IMG/VR virus record: IMGVR_UViG_3300022220_000003
Location: 29,467 to 93,466 of that record
Length of the DNA: 64,000 nucleotides
Source: a virus
Reading direction: 5' to 3' (one strand)
Position numbers and translations under genes: made by a program
Shown: positions 53,489 to 64,000 of the stretch, in pieces
How the letters are laid out: each line of letters starts with the position of its first letter
How positions within the stretch are numbered: position 1 is the first letter of the stretch
Notes under the pieces: model-generated
Databases searched by the model: none
The model's input: only the letters and a program-made list of their open reading frames with translations
What the model was told of the DNA's origin: nothing

Positions 53489-56400
53489 ATGGCGTTTGAG
53501 CGTATCGGGTTAGGCGGGATCCTACGATTTGACGAAAAGCAGGCCCTGTCCGGTATGCGGCGGGCGCAAGCTGGATTTGCTCGACTCCAAGGCAGCGCTC
53601 GAAAACTCGGGGCCGGTTTGGCAATGATGGGCGACGGCATGCGCAATGCCGGGATGGCCTTGTTACCTGTGACCGCGGGCCTTGGGTTTGGTGCGGTCAA
53701 GGCAGCCAAATTTGAAAAGCAAATGTCAGGGGTGGGTGCAATCACCCGCAGCTCGGCCGATGATCTCGCGGCTCTCACCAACGAGGCCAAAAAGCAGGGC
53801 GTTGAGTCCGTATTTTCGGCGCAGCAAAGCGCCGAGGCCATGGAATTTATGGGCCGGGCGGGTTTTGACACCAAGGAAATCATTGACGGCCTTGGTGGCG
53901 TGATGGCCGCGGCGGCGGCCGATGGCATAACCCTGGCGACCTCGAGTGATATCGTTGCACGTGTGGTCAAGGGGATGGGCCTGGAGATCAAGGAAGCTTC
54001 GCATGTGGCCGATGTTTTGGCGCTCACCAGCGCCAAGACCAACACCAACATAACGGCCCTCGGGGAGGCGTTCACATATGGCGCGCCTCAGGCCAAGGCC
54101 CTCGGGGTATCCCTCGAGGAAACCACCGCGGCGTTTGGTCTGATGGCGGATGCGGGTTTGCGCGGCTCGATCGGTGGCACCTCGTTTATGAATATGTTGG
54201 TCAAGTTGAGCAAACCAACGTCTAGGGGTGCTGCCTTGATCAAAAAGTTTGGGATCAAGCTCACCGACGCCCACGGACGTTTGAAGCCTCTTCCCGATAT
54301 TATTGGGATGTTCAAGACCGAGCTCGATAAGGTCAATGATGTGACCAAACGCGGGGCCATGATGGCCGAGATCTTCGGCCTCCGCGGTGCCAAGGCCTAC
54401 TCGGCCCTTTCGCTTGCGGGTCGTCAAAGGATGGCCGAGCTAACCGAGGACCTCGAGGCGTCGAGCTTTGGGCTCGGGGCGGCCCAAGAGATGGCCAACA
54501 AGCGGCTCGACAACTTCCTTGGAGCTCTGACCCTATTTGGTAGCTCTCTAGAGGCCGTGGCAATCGAGTTTTTCGGGCCGTTTCTGAACGTGTTCAAAGA
54601 GACCACCCAAGACATGACCGCGGCTTTAAACAAGGTCTTGTTTGCGGTCCAATCGCTCAAACAGATCCGAGAGCAGGCGGCCATGTCAGCAGTCAAGGCG
54701 GCCAAGCGAGAATCAACGGCCATTGTCGAGCAGCAAAAGCACTTGGCCAACTTGAGCCGGCGGGAGCAATCCACCGCCAAGGTCGGGATTGCGGCGATAC
54801 AATCGCGCATAATCGGCCAAGAGAAGCTTACCCGAGAGCAACAACGAGCCCGCTCGAGATCATTCGCGGAGTTTGTCAAAGGCAACTTGGCCCGTGAGAA
54901 GCTCACCAAGGCCGAGCGCAAAACACAGCTCAAGGCAATCGATGCGTTTATCAAGGCCAACGAGCAGGGCAAACTATCCGCGGCCGGCCGGGAGGAAATG
55001 GAGCGCCAATATCTGCGCACATTGGTGACCATTGGCGCCAAGGGCAAAAAGATCGGCCAAGCCGAGGCCCACCGGCGGGCCCAAAACCTCGAGACTTTGA
55101 TCCAACAACGGGCCGAGGTGGCCAAATTCGAGGCGGCGGCCGAGGCGGTAATCCTCCGCGAAGAAAAGTTGACCGAGATCGAGGAAAAACACGGGCGAAC
55201 GGCTCGACTGATCGCCGAGGGGGTGCTCCAAGCAATCGACCAGATCAAAGCCGGTTTTAAAACCGCGGTGGCGGCGGTCAAGACGTTTGGCGAGCGGCTC
55301 GGGGCGGCGGTGGGTGAGGGCAGGCTGTCGGAGTTTGCCCGTATTGCCACGATTGCCACCGTGGTGGCGGGAGCTCTAGCCCCGGTTTTCCTCGGATTTG
55401 CCGCGATCGGGTTTGTGGTCAAGGCGGCGGTGTTGCCCCAAATAATGGGCCTATTCAAGATCCTCTCGGCCCTCAAACCCGCGTTGACTGGGTTAATGCT
55501 GCTTGTCCGCGGGATGCTATCCATGGCGTTTTGGCCGTTAACCTTGGCCATCGGTGTGGTGGGCGGTGCGTTTTTGTTGCTTCGCAAGCAGGGCGAATCC
55601 GTGAGCCAGACCTTTTGGCGGTTGTGGTCCGCGGTCGAGGGGACCGTGGGCTCTTTTGATGTGTGGAAAGAGAGGGCGATTAAAGCGTTTGACGCTGTAC
55701 GGCAGGCATTGTTCGAGCTCCCCGGGGTGCTGATGTTTTGGCGCCAAGAGGGTGAGACCACCTTGGATGCGTTGAGCCGTGGATTTCGCATGGTGATTGA
55801 TGCGGCGCAGGCGATCTGGACCGAGGCCATAAAGCCGTTTTTGGTGGACTCGTGGGCGGTGGTGGTCGAGGCGGTGCAGCCTTTGATCGATACCGCTCGA
55901 TCGGTGAGCCAAGCCGTGCGGCTCGTGTGGTCAGAATTCAACGCCACCGAAAAAATCAAGGCCAGATTGGCGGGCCTTTGGGCGGTGTTGAAAACGGGCG
56001 CCGAGTTTGTTGGCAACGTGATCAAGGGTGTTTTTGACGTGGTGAGAACGGCGGTTTGGCCGTTGATCTCGGGGTTTGTCTCGGGGTTTGCTTCGGCCCT
56101 TGCCCCGATCCTGACGGTGTGGACCTCGATTTGGTCTAGCATGGTGACCATTTTTGACGTGGTCTGGTCCACAATCAAAAGTATCTTGACGGTATTCTCG
56201 GACACTTGGGGCGATATCGTTGATCTGTTTATCGACGATTCGGATCGGAGCTCCACCAAGTGGGCCGAGATCGGTCAGACGATCGGCCAAGTGGTGGCAT
56301 GGTTGGGTGAAAAGTTGTTGTGGGTGGTGGACGTGATCGGCTCGGTCGTGAAAACCGGGATCGTGCTCGTGGGCTACCTAGTGCGGGGCCTAGTCAAAAT

Positions 56401-57265
56401 GTTTGGCTTTTTCGTTCGCACCGGTTTGCCTGTCATGCTGTTGCCGTTCAAAGCCCTTTGGGACACCGTCAAAATAGTGGCGGGGGCGGTGATCGACTTG
56501 TTCGAGGGCAACTTTACCCAAGGCCTAAAACGGATTTTTCTGGCCTTGGTGGATATCGTTTTGCTCCCCACCCGCATGTTGATCAAGGGCATAGTGCAGC
56601 TCGCCAAGGCCATGCCGAGCCTAATGGGCAAGGTGATCTCGCCGCAAAACCTCGAGAAGCTCAACGAGTTTGCCAAGTTTGGGGTGTCCGGTGCACCAAA
56701 GGTCAAGCCCAAGGTGGTCAAGGCCGAGCCCAAAACCAAGCCCGTGCTGGCAGACAACGTGATCGACTTGGCCACCGAGCGGCGCAAGCGGCGCGGCCGG
56801 TTGACTATGCCTGCAATGGGGATAACAGGCGGGAGACCGGCGGCGGCTAAGATATCCGCGGATCTCAGCCCCAAAGTGGCCGAGATTATGGAGAAGGGAG
56901 GGATCAGGAGCGAGCAACGGGCGGCTCGGATCGCCCAAATGTTGGACGAGACGAACAAGGAGGCCACCCGCGAGAACATTATTGCAGCCAAAAAGGCCCT
57001 CGGCACGGTGTCACAACGGCGGCGCAAGGAGGCCAAGGACCGCGAAAAAGCGGCCGAAAAAGAGCTCCAAGCCAACGTCAAGATCGACGATAAGCGCCAG
57101 CTCGATATCACCAACAAGATGTGCGTTGACGGCGAGGCGGCCAACATTGCCACCTCTCGCCACAAACGAAACGTGTTTGAGCGCAATGGCGCCACCCACG
57201 AGCCTTATCTCCAAAAGCTATCCACCGAGACCGGGGTTAGAATGGCGGGCAATTCGAGGAGCTGA
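53489..57265 (+). CDS. Tape measure protein (TP901-like core)
   Basis: FEKQMSGVGAI...FSA.Q.A..M....AG...ADVLA...G..GS.GGT; Trp-periodic repeats. Confidence 0.93.
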   Translation: MAFERIGLGGILRFDEKQALSGMRRAQAGFARLQGSARKLGAGLAMMGDGMRNAGMALLPVTAGLGFGAVKAAKFEKQMSGVGAITRSSADDLAALTNEAKKQGVESVFSAQQSAEAMEFMGRAGFDTKEIIDGLGGVMAAAAADGITLATSSDIVARVVKGMGLEIKEASHVADVLALTSAKTNTNITALGEAFTYGAPQAKALGVSLEETTAAFGLMADAGLRGSIGGTSFMNMLVKLSKPTSRGAALIKKFGIKLTDAHGRLKPLPDIIGMFKTELDKVNDVTKRGAMMAEIFGLRGAKAYSALSLAGRQRMAELTEDLEASSFGLGAAQEMANKRLDNFLGALTLFGSSLEAVAIEFFGPFLNVFKETTQDMTAALNKVLFAVQSLKQIREQAAMSAVKAAKRESTAIVEQQKHLANLSRREQSTAKVGIAAIQSRIIGQEKLTREQQRARSRSFAEFVKGNLAREKLTKAERKTQLKAIDAFIKANEQGKLSAAGREEMERQYLRTLVTIGAKGKKIGQAEAHRRAQNLETLIQQRAEVAKFEAAAEAVILREEKLTEIEEKHGRTARLIAEGVLQAIDQIKAGFKTAVAAVKTFGERLGAAVGEGRLSEFARIATIATVVAGALAPVFLGFAAIGFVVKAAVLPQIMGLFKILSALKPALTGLMLLVRGMLSMAFWPLTLAIGVVGGAFLLLRKQGESVSQTFWRLWSAVEGTVGSFDVWKERAIKAFDAVRQALFELPGVLMFWRQEGETTLDALSRGFRMVIDAAQAIWTEAIKPFLVDSWAVVVEAVQPLIDTARSVSQAVRLVWSEFNATEKIKARLAGLWAVLKTGAEFVGNVIKGVFDVVRTAVWPLISGFVSGFASALAPILTVWTSIWSSMVTIFDVVWSTIKSILTVFSDTWGDIVDLFIDDSDRSSTKWAEIGQTIGQVVAWLGEKLLWVVDVIGSVVKTGIVLVGYLVRGLVKMFGFFVRTGLPVMLLPFKALWDTVKIVAGAVIDLFEGNFTQGLKRIFLALVDIVLLPTRMLIKGIVQLAKAMPSLMGKVISPQNLEKLNEFAKFGVSGAPKVKPKVVKAEPKTKPVLADNVIDLATERRKRRGRLTMPAMGITGGRPAAAKISADLSPKVAEIMEKGGIRSEQRAARIAQMLDETNKEATRENIIAAKKALGTVSQRRRKEAKDREKAAEKELQANVKIDDKRQLDITNKMCVDGEAANIATSRHKRNVFERNGATHEPYLQKLSTETGVRMAGNSRS

Positions 57266-57267
57266 TC

Positions 57268-58038
57268 ATGTTTATTCCGAGCGTGACTGATTACCTGCGG
57301 GTTTGGAACCTGATCAACTATGACACCCTCGAGACAATCACCGGTCAATTCCATGCCGAGGAGCTCACCCAAAACGTAGGCTCGGCCTACTCCGAAAAAT
57401 TCGCGCTAAACCGCGAGCACCCCGTGGTGCAGTTCCTACATGGTGAGGTTGAAACCGTTTCGTTTCGCGGCCGGTTTCACGCCACCACGTTCGTCGAGGA
57501 CGTGGTGGAAATCCTCGAAAAACTCAAGTCATGGGCCAAACGAGACGATGATCTAGAGCGGCCCCCGGTGCTCGGTTTTTGGGCGGGCGATTCACTCTCG
57601 GCCTATCTGGTCGAATGCACCATGAGATTGTCGAATATCGTCTATGACCGGCCCACGTTTCTTGGAGGCCTGCGCCATGTGACGTTTACCGTGGGCCTGC
57701 GGGAATACAAGAGCTATAGCCTCGAAGCCGGGGCGGTTGGCAACACCCGGTATCACCGAGCCCGCGAGTTTGACTATTACGAGAGCCTAGCACAGCTCGA
57801 ATATGGCGACGCGTTGGTTGGGGACGTGGTTCGCAAGCTCCACCCAAGCAAGCCGAATATCCAAGTAGGTGACGTGATCACGTTGCCCACCGCGAGCACG
57901 ATCCGCAAAACCAAAACCGAGCCCACCTCGATACCCCTCGAGACCGGATTCGGGCGAAAGGATACCCCGCAGCGCGCCCTACGGTTGCACATGCTTGAGC
58001 AGCGCAACCGGACCAAGGTTTCGTTTGTGGTCAAGTAG
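57268..58038 (+). CDS. Tail tube initiator (gpU-like plus LysM-like C-terminus)
   Basis: PVVQF..G....SF; LA..EYGD...I..GDVI.LP. Confidence 0.7.
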   Translation: MFIPSVTDYLRVWNLINYDTLETITGQFHAEELTQNVGSAYSEKFALNREHPVVQFLHGEVETVSFRGRFHATTFVEDVVEILEKLKSWAKRDDDLERPPVLGFWAGDSLSAYLVECTMRLSNIVYDRPTFLGGLRHVTFTVGLREYKSYSLEAGAVGNTRYHRAREFDYYESLAQLEYGDALVGDVVRKLHPSKPNIQVGDVITLPTASTIRKTKTEPTSIPLETGFGRKDTPQRALRLHMLEQRNRTKVSFVVK

Positions 58039-58040
58039 AC

Positions 58041-59192
58041 ATGCCCGCAACCGCCTACCATGACCTTGCCCCCCGCTACGTGGTGGAGATCGGATCGGCC
58101 GAGCTCTCGGACGCGATCCAGCCATATATCAGCCGGGTGGAATACGAGTCGGCGGACGGCATGGCAGATATGGCCAAGATCGTGGTCAACAACCCCTATT
58201 ACAAGCTCCAAGACCTCAAGATCTGGCAGCCAGGCAACGAAATGAGCATTTGGCTCGGGTACGGGTCGCAGCTCACACACATCGGCCGGGTTATATTGCG
58301 TCGAGCTCGGTGGAATTTTCCAGATAGTGACATGCCCTCGGTGACCGTGAGCGGGTACACCTTGGACGCCAAAATGATGGACGCCGAGCCAGACGTTGCC
58401 AAAGATAGGCGTTTCAAGGATATGAAATATTCCGACATTGTGGCGGCGGTGGCCACCCGAGACTACTATTATGACAAGCTCGAGATCGATATTGATGACA
58501 CCGAGGACGAGCCCAAAAACCGCCACCAAAAGGCGGGGATCTCCGATTATCAGGTCCTCAAAGGGTGCGCCAATCTGACGGGTTACTACCTTTGGATCGA
58601 TGGTGATGAAAACGGGGTGTGGACCCTGCATTTCAAAAAGCCCGAGGCGGTGCTCGACGCAGTGGACCAACCCGATCTTACGTTTCGCCACAACAACGGC
58701 GATCTGACGTCCCTATTTTCGTTCACACCCGAGCTCTTGATCCAGGGTGCCAAAACCAAATTGCAGGTCCAATTCAAACACCCTAGGACCGGCAAGGTGG
58801 TGACCCAAGAGGTGGAGGAGGATCTCGATAGTCCTGACGTGACAGCCACCGACGATACGAGCGAAGTTGACGCGGAGCACAAGGCGGCGAGCCCGATCAA
58901 GATCTTTTTTAATGACTTCAGTTTCACCACCGAAACCCGCAAGCGATTCAAGACCGCGGCCGAGGCCAAAGCGTGGGCGGTGGCTTGGTTCAAATCCCAG
59001 CGGGAGGCATTCATTACAGGCCAGGGGATCACGATTGGCCATGACCGTTTGATGTCTCGCCAAATACACACTCTCGAGGGGATAGGCACCACCCTCGAGG
59101 GGAGGTGGTATTTTTCGCGGGTCAAGCACCAGCTCTCGGAGTCTGACGGGTATATGTGCACTTTCAATGCCCGTAAACAGGAGTCGGCCTAA
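58041..59192 (+). CDS. Baseplate hub (P2 gpD-like)
   Basis: I.LGY; Q...SDY..L...A...GY; G.G....G.WY...V.H. Confidence 0.85.
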   Translation: MPATAYHDLAPRYVVEIGSAELSDAIQPYISRVEYESADGMADMAKIVVNNPYYKLQDLKIWQPGNEMSIWLGYGSQLTHIGRVILRRARWNFPDSDMPSVTVSGYTLDAKMMDAEPDVAKDRRFKDMKYSDIVAAVATRDYYYDKLEIDIDDTEDEPKNRHQKAGISDYQVLKGCANLTGYYLWIDGDENGVWTLHFKKPEAVLDAVDQPDLTFRHNNGDLTSLFSFTPELLIQGAKTKLQVQFKHPRTGKVVTQEVEEDLDSPDVTATDDTSEVDAEHKAASPIKIFFNDFSFTTETRKRFKTAAEAKAWAVAWFKSQREAFITGQGITIGHDRLMSRQIHTLEGIGTTLEGRWYFSRVKHQLSESDGYMCTFNARKQESA

Positions 59193-60238
59193 TGCCCGTG
59201 GTCACCGAGCGCTACGAGGCCGTTGTGACCTCGATCGAGGATGAGGAAAATCGCGGCCGGATCGAGGTGGCTTGTGTGGGCATCGGGGCGGACCCCACCA
59301 CCCCGATCGCGGTGCTTTGTGAGCCGGCCCATGATTGGGGTTGGTTTGTTATTCCTGATGTGGGCGAGACCGTCGAGGTTGAGGTGGTGGTGAGCTCCGA
59401 CCGGGATCAGGTGTGGGGCGAGGCCGCGCTCGAGGAGTTGAGCCCCGTTTGGCGCTCCAAGCGGTTTTTGACTGATATCGAGCTCGAGGACGATGCGGAC
59501 GGCTCGGTTTCTAGGCCGATCCATGATGACTTTTTGTCCACCAACTACGGCAAACGGCGGGGGTTTTGTACCCCGTGGGGCCACGTGCTTTTGTTTGACG
59601 ATACCGAGGGCGATCCTCGGATCTACGTCACCCACATGGGCGAGCAGCTCGAGCCGGGCGAGGCCCCCGAGCCAGAAAACTATACCCGGGTGGAGCTCGA
59701 GCCCGATGGCAGTCTAAAGATCGGGTTTTTGAATCGCCACCAACTGCACTTGACCACCGAGCAAGGCAACCTCCTGATCGCGTTTGACGGCGAGCCGGGG
59801 AGCGAAAAACATACCCTAGAGTTTGACGCCGAAACTCCCAAGTTTGAAATCAGCATGGCCGAGGGTAAGCACGTGCTTACCTTTGACGGCTCGGGTCCGC
59901 ACCTCGAAACAACCCACGATAGCGGGGCCGGGATCAAGGTCGACCAAAAAGACGGTGACACGGTAACCACGTTAGGCGATGGCGCGGTGAGCGCCACGAT
60001 CGCCGAGCACCTCGAGGCGTGGTTAAACGATGTTTACACCCCCGCGATCGCGGACATGCATGATAATCATATCCACCCTTTGCCCCAATTCATTGCGCCT
60101 TTGATCCCGCTCTCACCAATACCAACGATCCCTGGCGGTCCACCGGCCCCACCGAGCGAGGCTCCGGTCATGCCGGCAATGCTAGAGGATTATGACACTA
60201 ACATTACGAGCGGTAAGCTCGTGTTTCCGGACAACTGA
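59192..60238 (+). CDS. Baseplate spike (gpV/gp5-like)
   Basis: D.E.RGRI.V; GWFVIPDVGE.V.V; T..GH...FDD; tip HIH. Confidence 0.85.
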   Translation: MPVVTERYEAVVTSIEDEENRGRIEVACVGIGADPTTPIAVLCEPAHDWGWFVIPDVGETVEVEVVVSSDRDQVWGEAALEELSPVWRSKRFLTDIELEDDADGSVSRPIHDDFLSTNYGKRRGFCTPWGHVLLFDDTEGDPRIYVTHMGEQLEPGEAPEPENYTRVELEPDGSLKIGFLNRHQLHLTTEQGNLLIAFDGEPGSEKHTLEFDAETPKFEISMAEGKHVLTFDGSGPHLETTHDSGAGIKVDQKDGDTVTTLGDGAVSATIAEHLEAWLNDVYTPAIADMHDNHIHPLPQFIAPLIPLSPIPTIPGGPPAPPSEAPVMPAMLEDYDTNITSGKLVFPDN

Positions 60239-60240
60239 CC

Positions 60241-60615
60241 ATGATCGATTACGTCGAGGCCAAAAAGCGGATCCTGCTCGCGTTTTGTCGGGGGGTACTA
60301 AAAAAATATGGATCCCGACGATACGAGACCGAGGAGATCGAGGTTGAGCGGCCCGGGCCCTTGTATTGGGCCAAGGACGAGCGGTGGACCGATCCCGAGG
60401 GTGTCGAGCGGCGAGGGCGTATGTTGCGCAAGCCGAGCCGCAAGGTCAAAACCGAAGTGCAGGTTCCCCGGGGTGTGGTGGGGTCTGAGATCCTAGACTA
60501 CGCCGACGCCGTGGCCGAGGCCTATCTCGAGGTGTTGCGGATCGCCGAGGAGACCTTTGAGGGGCGGGCCGAGGGATTCTTGGCCGAGCTCCACCGAGAC
60601 AAGGAGGCCCCCTAA
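60241..60615 (+). CDS. Hypothetical protein
   Basis: Coupled ORF in the baseplate operon. Confidence 0.55.
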   Translation: MIDYVEAKKRILLAFCRGVLKKYGSRRYETEEIEVERPGPLYWAKDERWTDPEGVERRGRMLRKPSRKVKTEVQVPRGVVGSEILDYADAVAEAYLEVLRIAEETFEGRAEGFLAELHRDKEAP

Positions 60616-61004
60616 TGCCAACCGGATTGCGTATGCCAGTGGGAGTTGACGGGACGGGAGGCGCGGCCCTGAGCTCGAGGGACGTGCAAAACCTCAAGAT
60701 AATCAAGATCGCCCTATCCGATTGCGACTCCGACAACGCGTTTCAGGACATAGGTCTCGGCAATTGGATGATCTTCGAGATTGACGCCCCCGAGGTGCAA
60801 GCCCGGGCCCTCAACTTTATTCGGCGGATCTTCCGGCAGTTTCGAGCGGAGCAACGATACAAACTGCTCGAACGTACGATCCAATTCACCAAGACGTCCG
60901 AGGGGGAATTGGACCTCGAGTTCAAATACCTCGATATTGAGAGCGATCAAGAGGAAACCTTTAAGGCTAGCGTGACCGGCGGCGGGTTCGTCGGGGCGGG
61001 GTGA
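60615..61004 (+). CDS. Baseplate wedge protein (gp25-like)
   Basis: Size and position; IGLG...IF...I...F...E.R. Confidence 0.65.
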   Translation: MPTGLRMPVGVDGTGGAALSSRDVQNLKIIKIALSDCDSDNAFQDIGLGNWMIFEIDAPEVQARALNFIRRIFRQFRAEQRYKLLERTIQFTKTSEGELDLEFKYLDIESDQEETFKASVTGGGFVGAG

Positions 61005-61008
61005 CACC

Positions 61009-63174
61009 ATGGCAACCGAGATCACGACCCCCGATTTTGACTTTTCTGGGTTCTACTATGCCGAGATCCTGGAGGCGTTGATCCAGTACAAGCGCCAAAA
61101 CGTGCCCGAGCTCACCGACGAATCGGAATTCGAGCCGTTTATCCAACTTTTGCGCGGCACGGCCCTCGTGGGCCACCTCAACAACGTGTTGCTCGACCTC
61201 GTGGCCAACGAGAGCACCCTCCCCACCTCCAAGCTCGCCGAGACCGTGCGCAATATGCTGCGGTTGATTGACTACGAGTTGAGCCCGGCGACCCCGGCCC
61301 AAGTGGATCTCGTGTATGAGCTCGCCAAGGTGTTTCTGACCACCACCGAGGTCATACCCGAGCGGGCGCAAGCGGCCATCAAAAAAGTGGGTGATGATCC
61401 GGTGATCTACTTCGAGGCCCTCGAGGCCTTGAGTGTGGAGCGGACTGATCAGTTTAGCTACGTTTACGGCCTCGAGGCGGGGAGTTACACCGACCACACC
61501 ACCGAGGCTAACAGCGCCACCACCCCCGGCGACGATTGGAGCCCTTGGGCCACCCCCGCGGCGGGCGATGCGCTTTATATTGGGCACAAGCAAGCTATGT
61601 GGAACGAGATCACGGTGGGGCCGTTGACGGTTTTGGCTGCGGGGATCACCGGGGTGTGGGAGTTTTACGACGGCGAATGGGCCAAATCCGCGCCCTCCTC
61701 GGTGACCTTGGATGGATCCAACCTGATAATCGATTTGACGGCCTATTTGGGCTCTCAAAACCGACAGGGCGCCGTGGTTAGGGTGCAGTTCAACGAGACC
61801 GGGGCCTATGAGGACGTGAGCTCGACTTGGACCGGATCGGCGAATATTGCCACCGTGGGCCTGCTCGGGCAATCCAGCCCCTCCACCGAGGCCACCGATT
61901 ACACGGTGGGGGCTCAGTGGGAGCCCTTGCCAGATATCGAGGACGCCACCGTTGATTTTACGGTGGACGATGAGGTGATCGAGTTTTCATTGCCGCAAGA
62001 TATCGATCGAAACTGGATCGCGGGCGCGGTCAATGGGGCCACGGCCTATTGGTTGCGGTATCGGATCGTCGAGGTGTCGGTGGCCACCGGCCCCACGTTC
62101 CAACGCCTACGGCTCGATACGGGCAAGCAATACGTCTATCGCAGCGCCACCCAAGGACGCACCGTCAAGGATAGCCCGCTCGGGAGCTCCACCGGGCTCG
62201 CCAATCAAGAATTTGAATTGACCCGGGACTATTTCATAAACGGATCGGAATCGGCGTACGTTGACAACGGTTTGTGGACTCGGGTCGACAACTTTTTGAG
62301 CTCGAGCCCGACCGAGCTGCACTACACGATCGAGCTCGGCGACAACGACCGGCCCACGATCAAGTTTGGTGACGGCACAACGGGCAAGATCCCACCGCTA
62401 GGCGTCAACAACGTCAAGGTGGACCCGTACCGATACAACGCCGAGACCGATGGCAATGTCGGAGCCAACACGGTGGAGGTCGATAAAACGGGTTTATCGT
62501 TTGTCAACAAGCTCTGGAATCCCAGAGCGGCCACCGGGTGGGCCGAGGCCGAGGGGGCGAGCGAGACCTCCCTCGAGCAGGCCAAGATCGCGGGGCCCGC
62601 GAGTCTGAGGACCCGCGAGGTTGCGGTGGGGCCCGAGGACGTCGAGGCCCTAACCGTGGCCTTTGAGGATTCAGAGGGGGCTAGCCCGTTTTCTCGAGCT
62701 CTGATTATCGAGGAGGCCTATGGGGCGAAAACTCTCGGGGTGGTGGTTGTGGCGGCCGGCGGTGGCCAAGCAACCGCGACCCAGCTCGAGGCCCTCGAGC
62801 TCTACTTTAACGGCGATCAATATGCCTACCCGCCGGAAACAAAGCACCTCGTGGCCAACCAAGAGGTGACGGCCCTAAACCACACCCCCAAGGTGATCGA
62901 TATCGTGGCCACGGTTTACGGCGATGTGACGGCCGAGGAGGTCACCAACGCCTTGGCGGCGGTGCTACACCAAGAGGCCCTCAAGGCAGACGGTTTGACC
63001 TACGAGTGGGAATGGGGCGAGGATGTGCCCCGCAATCGGCTGATCCACGAGATTTTTGAGACCGATGAATCAATCACCAACGTGACCTTAACGAGCCCGG
63101 CGGCCGACGTCCCGTTGACTGCGAAAGAGCTCCCCGTTTTGGGGACCGTGATGCTCACTATTGTGGAGCCATAG
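61009..63174 (+). CDS. Baseplate J-like wedge protein
   Basis: PE.TD..E; L..IDY....ATPA; G.S.G..NQ.F; FGDG..G.IP; R...AV..ED.E. Confidence 0.9.
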   Translation: MATEITTPDFDFSGFYYAEILEALIQYKRQNVPELTDESEFEPFIQLLRGTALVGHLNNVLLDLVANESTLPTSKLAETVRNMLRLIDYELSPATPAQVDLVYELAKVFLTTTEVIPERAQAAIKKVGDDPVIYFEALEALSVERTDQFSYVYGLEAGSYTDHTTEANSATTPGDDWSPWATPAAGDALYIGHKQAMWNEITVGPLTVLAAGITGVWEFYDGEWAKSAPSSVTLDGSNLIIDLTAYLGSQNRQGAVVRVQFNETGAYEDVSSTWTGSANIATVGLLGQSSPSTEATDYTVGAQWEPLPDIEDATVDFTVDDEVIEFSLPQDIDRNWIAGAVNGATAYWLRYRIVEVSVATGPTFQRLRLDTGKQYVYRSATQGRTVKDSPLGSSTGLANQEFELTRDYFINGSESAYVDNGLWTRVDNFLSSSPTELHYTIELGDNDRPTIKFGDGTTGKIPPLGVNNVKVDPYRYNAETDGNVGANTVEVDKTGLSFVNKLWNPRAATGWAEAEGASETSLEQAKIAGPASLRTREVAVGPEDVEALTVAFEDSEGASPFSRALIIEEAYGAKTLGVVVVAAGGGQATATQLEALELYFNGDQYAYPPETKHLVANQEVTALNHTPKVIDIVATVYGDVTAEEVTNALAAVLHQEALKADGLTYEWEWGEDVPRNRLIHEIFETDESITNVTLTSPAADVPLTAKELPVLGTVMLTIVEP

Positions 63175-63182
63175 GAGACCCC

Positions 63183-63602
63183 ATGTCCAAGGGTTTGACG
63201 GATACCATCAAAGAGCAGCTCCTAGACAACATGCTAGGGGACTCCTCGGCCACCCCGTTGGCTCAGACCCCGATCTATGTCGGTTTGAGCACCACCGATC
63301 CGGGGAGTGACGGGACCGGTTTTACCGAGCCCACCGGCGGGGCTTATGCTCGCCAAAGCTCGGTAAATGATTCGGGGGGTTGGCCAGCGGCGAGCTCGGG
63401 GCAGAAAACCAACGGCGTGTTAATCCAATACCCGGTTGCAACGGCGGCGTGGGGGACGATCACCCATTGGGGGATATTTTTGGCCAGCTCTGGCGGCTCA
63501 CCGGTGGCTTGGGGGGAGCTCGATACCCCTCGAGCGGTGGGCAGCGGTGACCAATTCCAACACGGGGTAGGCAAGCTCGTGTTGACCTTTGCCAACCAAT
63601 AG
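63183..63602 (+). CDS. Tail-fibre-associated protein
   Basis: YVGLST.DP...E..GG.YARQ...WGTITH.GI. Confidence 0.75.
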   Translation: MSKGLTDTIKEQLLDNMLGDSSATPLAQTPIYVGLSTTDPGSDGTGFTEPTGGAYARQSSVNDSGGWPAASSGQKTNGVLIQYPVATAAWGTITHWGIFLASSGGSPVAWGELDTPRAVGSGDQFQHGVGKLVLTFANQ

Positions 63603-63611
63603 GGGCCCGCC

Positions 63612-64000
63612 ATGGCGTTGATTGACCCCGTCTGCACGTGTGACCCCTTGGTGGCTATAAGCGCCGAGGCTGCCCTCGTGTTTGACCCTGTGTGCACCGT
63701 CGAGCCGGCGGTGGACTCGGCCGGATCCGAGGGGGCGGTGATATTTGACGCCGTGTGCACAATCGATCCGGCGGTGGAGATCACCGGGGAGTTTGGGGAT
63801 CCATCACCCACGATCTCGGTTTCGGTGACCGGGGCCACGACGCTGCGGGTCAATTTTTCGGAGGCCATGGCGGCCACCACCGAGATCGATGATCCAACCT
63901 CGTATGGGGTTTCGGTCGAGACCGATGGCGCGGTTGGTGTGGCGGTGAGCTCGGTTACCCGCGAGGCGGTCACCAACCCCACCTACGTTGATCTCGTGAC
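63612..64000 (+). CDS. Virion protein, truncated by the window end
   Basis: ATG 63612, frame open to the end; LRVNFSE Ig-like segment. Confidence 0.55.
   Translation, partial: MALIDPVCTCDPLVAISAEAALVFDPVCTVEPAVDSAGSEGAVIFDAVCTIDPAVEITGEFGDPSPTISVSVTGATTLRVNFSEAMAATTEIDDPTSYGVSVETDGAVGVAVSSVTREAVTNPTYVDLV

Noticed and set aside
54424-56259. 611-aa minus-strand ORF
   Set aside because: Antisense shadow of the tape measure gene in GC-rich DNA
49411-63174. Tailocin or extracellular contractile injection system
   Set aside because: Terminase, portal, capsid and replication genes show a full phage
1-64000. Genome-wide stop-codon reassignment
   Set aside because: TGA, TAG and TAA all end genes cleanly at gene junctions; only 31180 falls within a conserved motif
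1-64000. tRNA genes, integrase, reverse transcriptase/DGR, introns or inteins
   Set aside because: No cloverleaf, recombinase, YxDD or splicing motifs recognised by eye; polymerase, TerL and helicases are of ordinary length

Overview
This window is most of a GC-rich tailed phage genome with a contractile (myovirus-type) tail. It has four parts: (1) 1-8.2 kb, an early/regulatory region of small ORFs and many repeats; (2) 8.2-26.1 kb, a candidate origin, primase-SF3 helicase, ThyX, PD-(D/E)xK exonuclease, SF2 helicase, probable SSB, family A DNA polymerase and RuvC-like resolvase; (3) 26.2-46 kb, terminase, portal, MuF/gp7, XkdF-type protease fusion, scaffold, major capsid, decoration/fibre genes and a patatin; (4) 46-64 kb, neck, sheath, tube, frameshifting chaperone, tape measure and baseplate. 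No integrase, tRNA, CRISPR array or recognisable endolysin was seen. The main finding is an apparently complete sigma54 enhancer-type transcription architecture: at least 8 GG-N10-GC(-like) promoters, five of them fused to a 17-bp palindrome (four running directly into an ATG, so probably leaderless); two homologous divergent cassettes, each with three CTATGRC-N6-GTCATAG(-like) upstream boxes and exact IHF sites; three NtrC-like boxes at 31-bp spacing; and a stand-alone Fis-type HTH gene. The second finding is an in-frame TGA at the conserved Cys of the MuF HxxCRC motif, followed by a SECIS-like hairpin, suggesting a possible phage selenoprotein (a single-base error cannot be excluded). All calls come from reading motifs by eye; no database searches were run.
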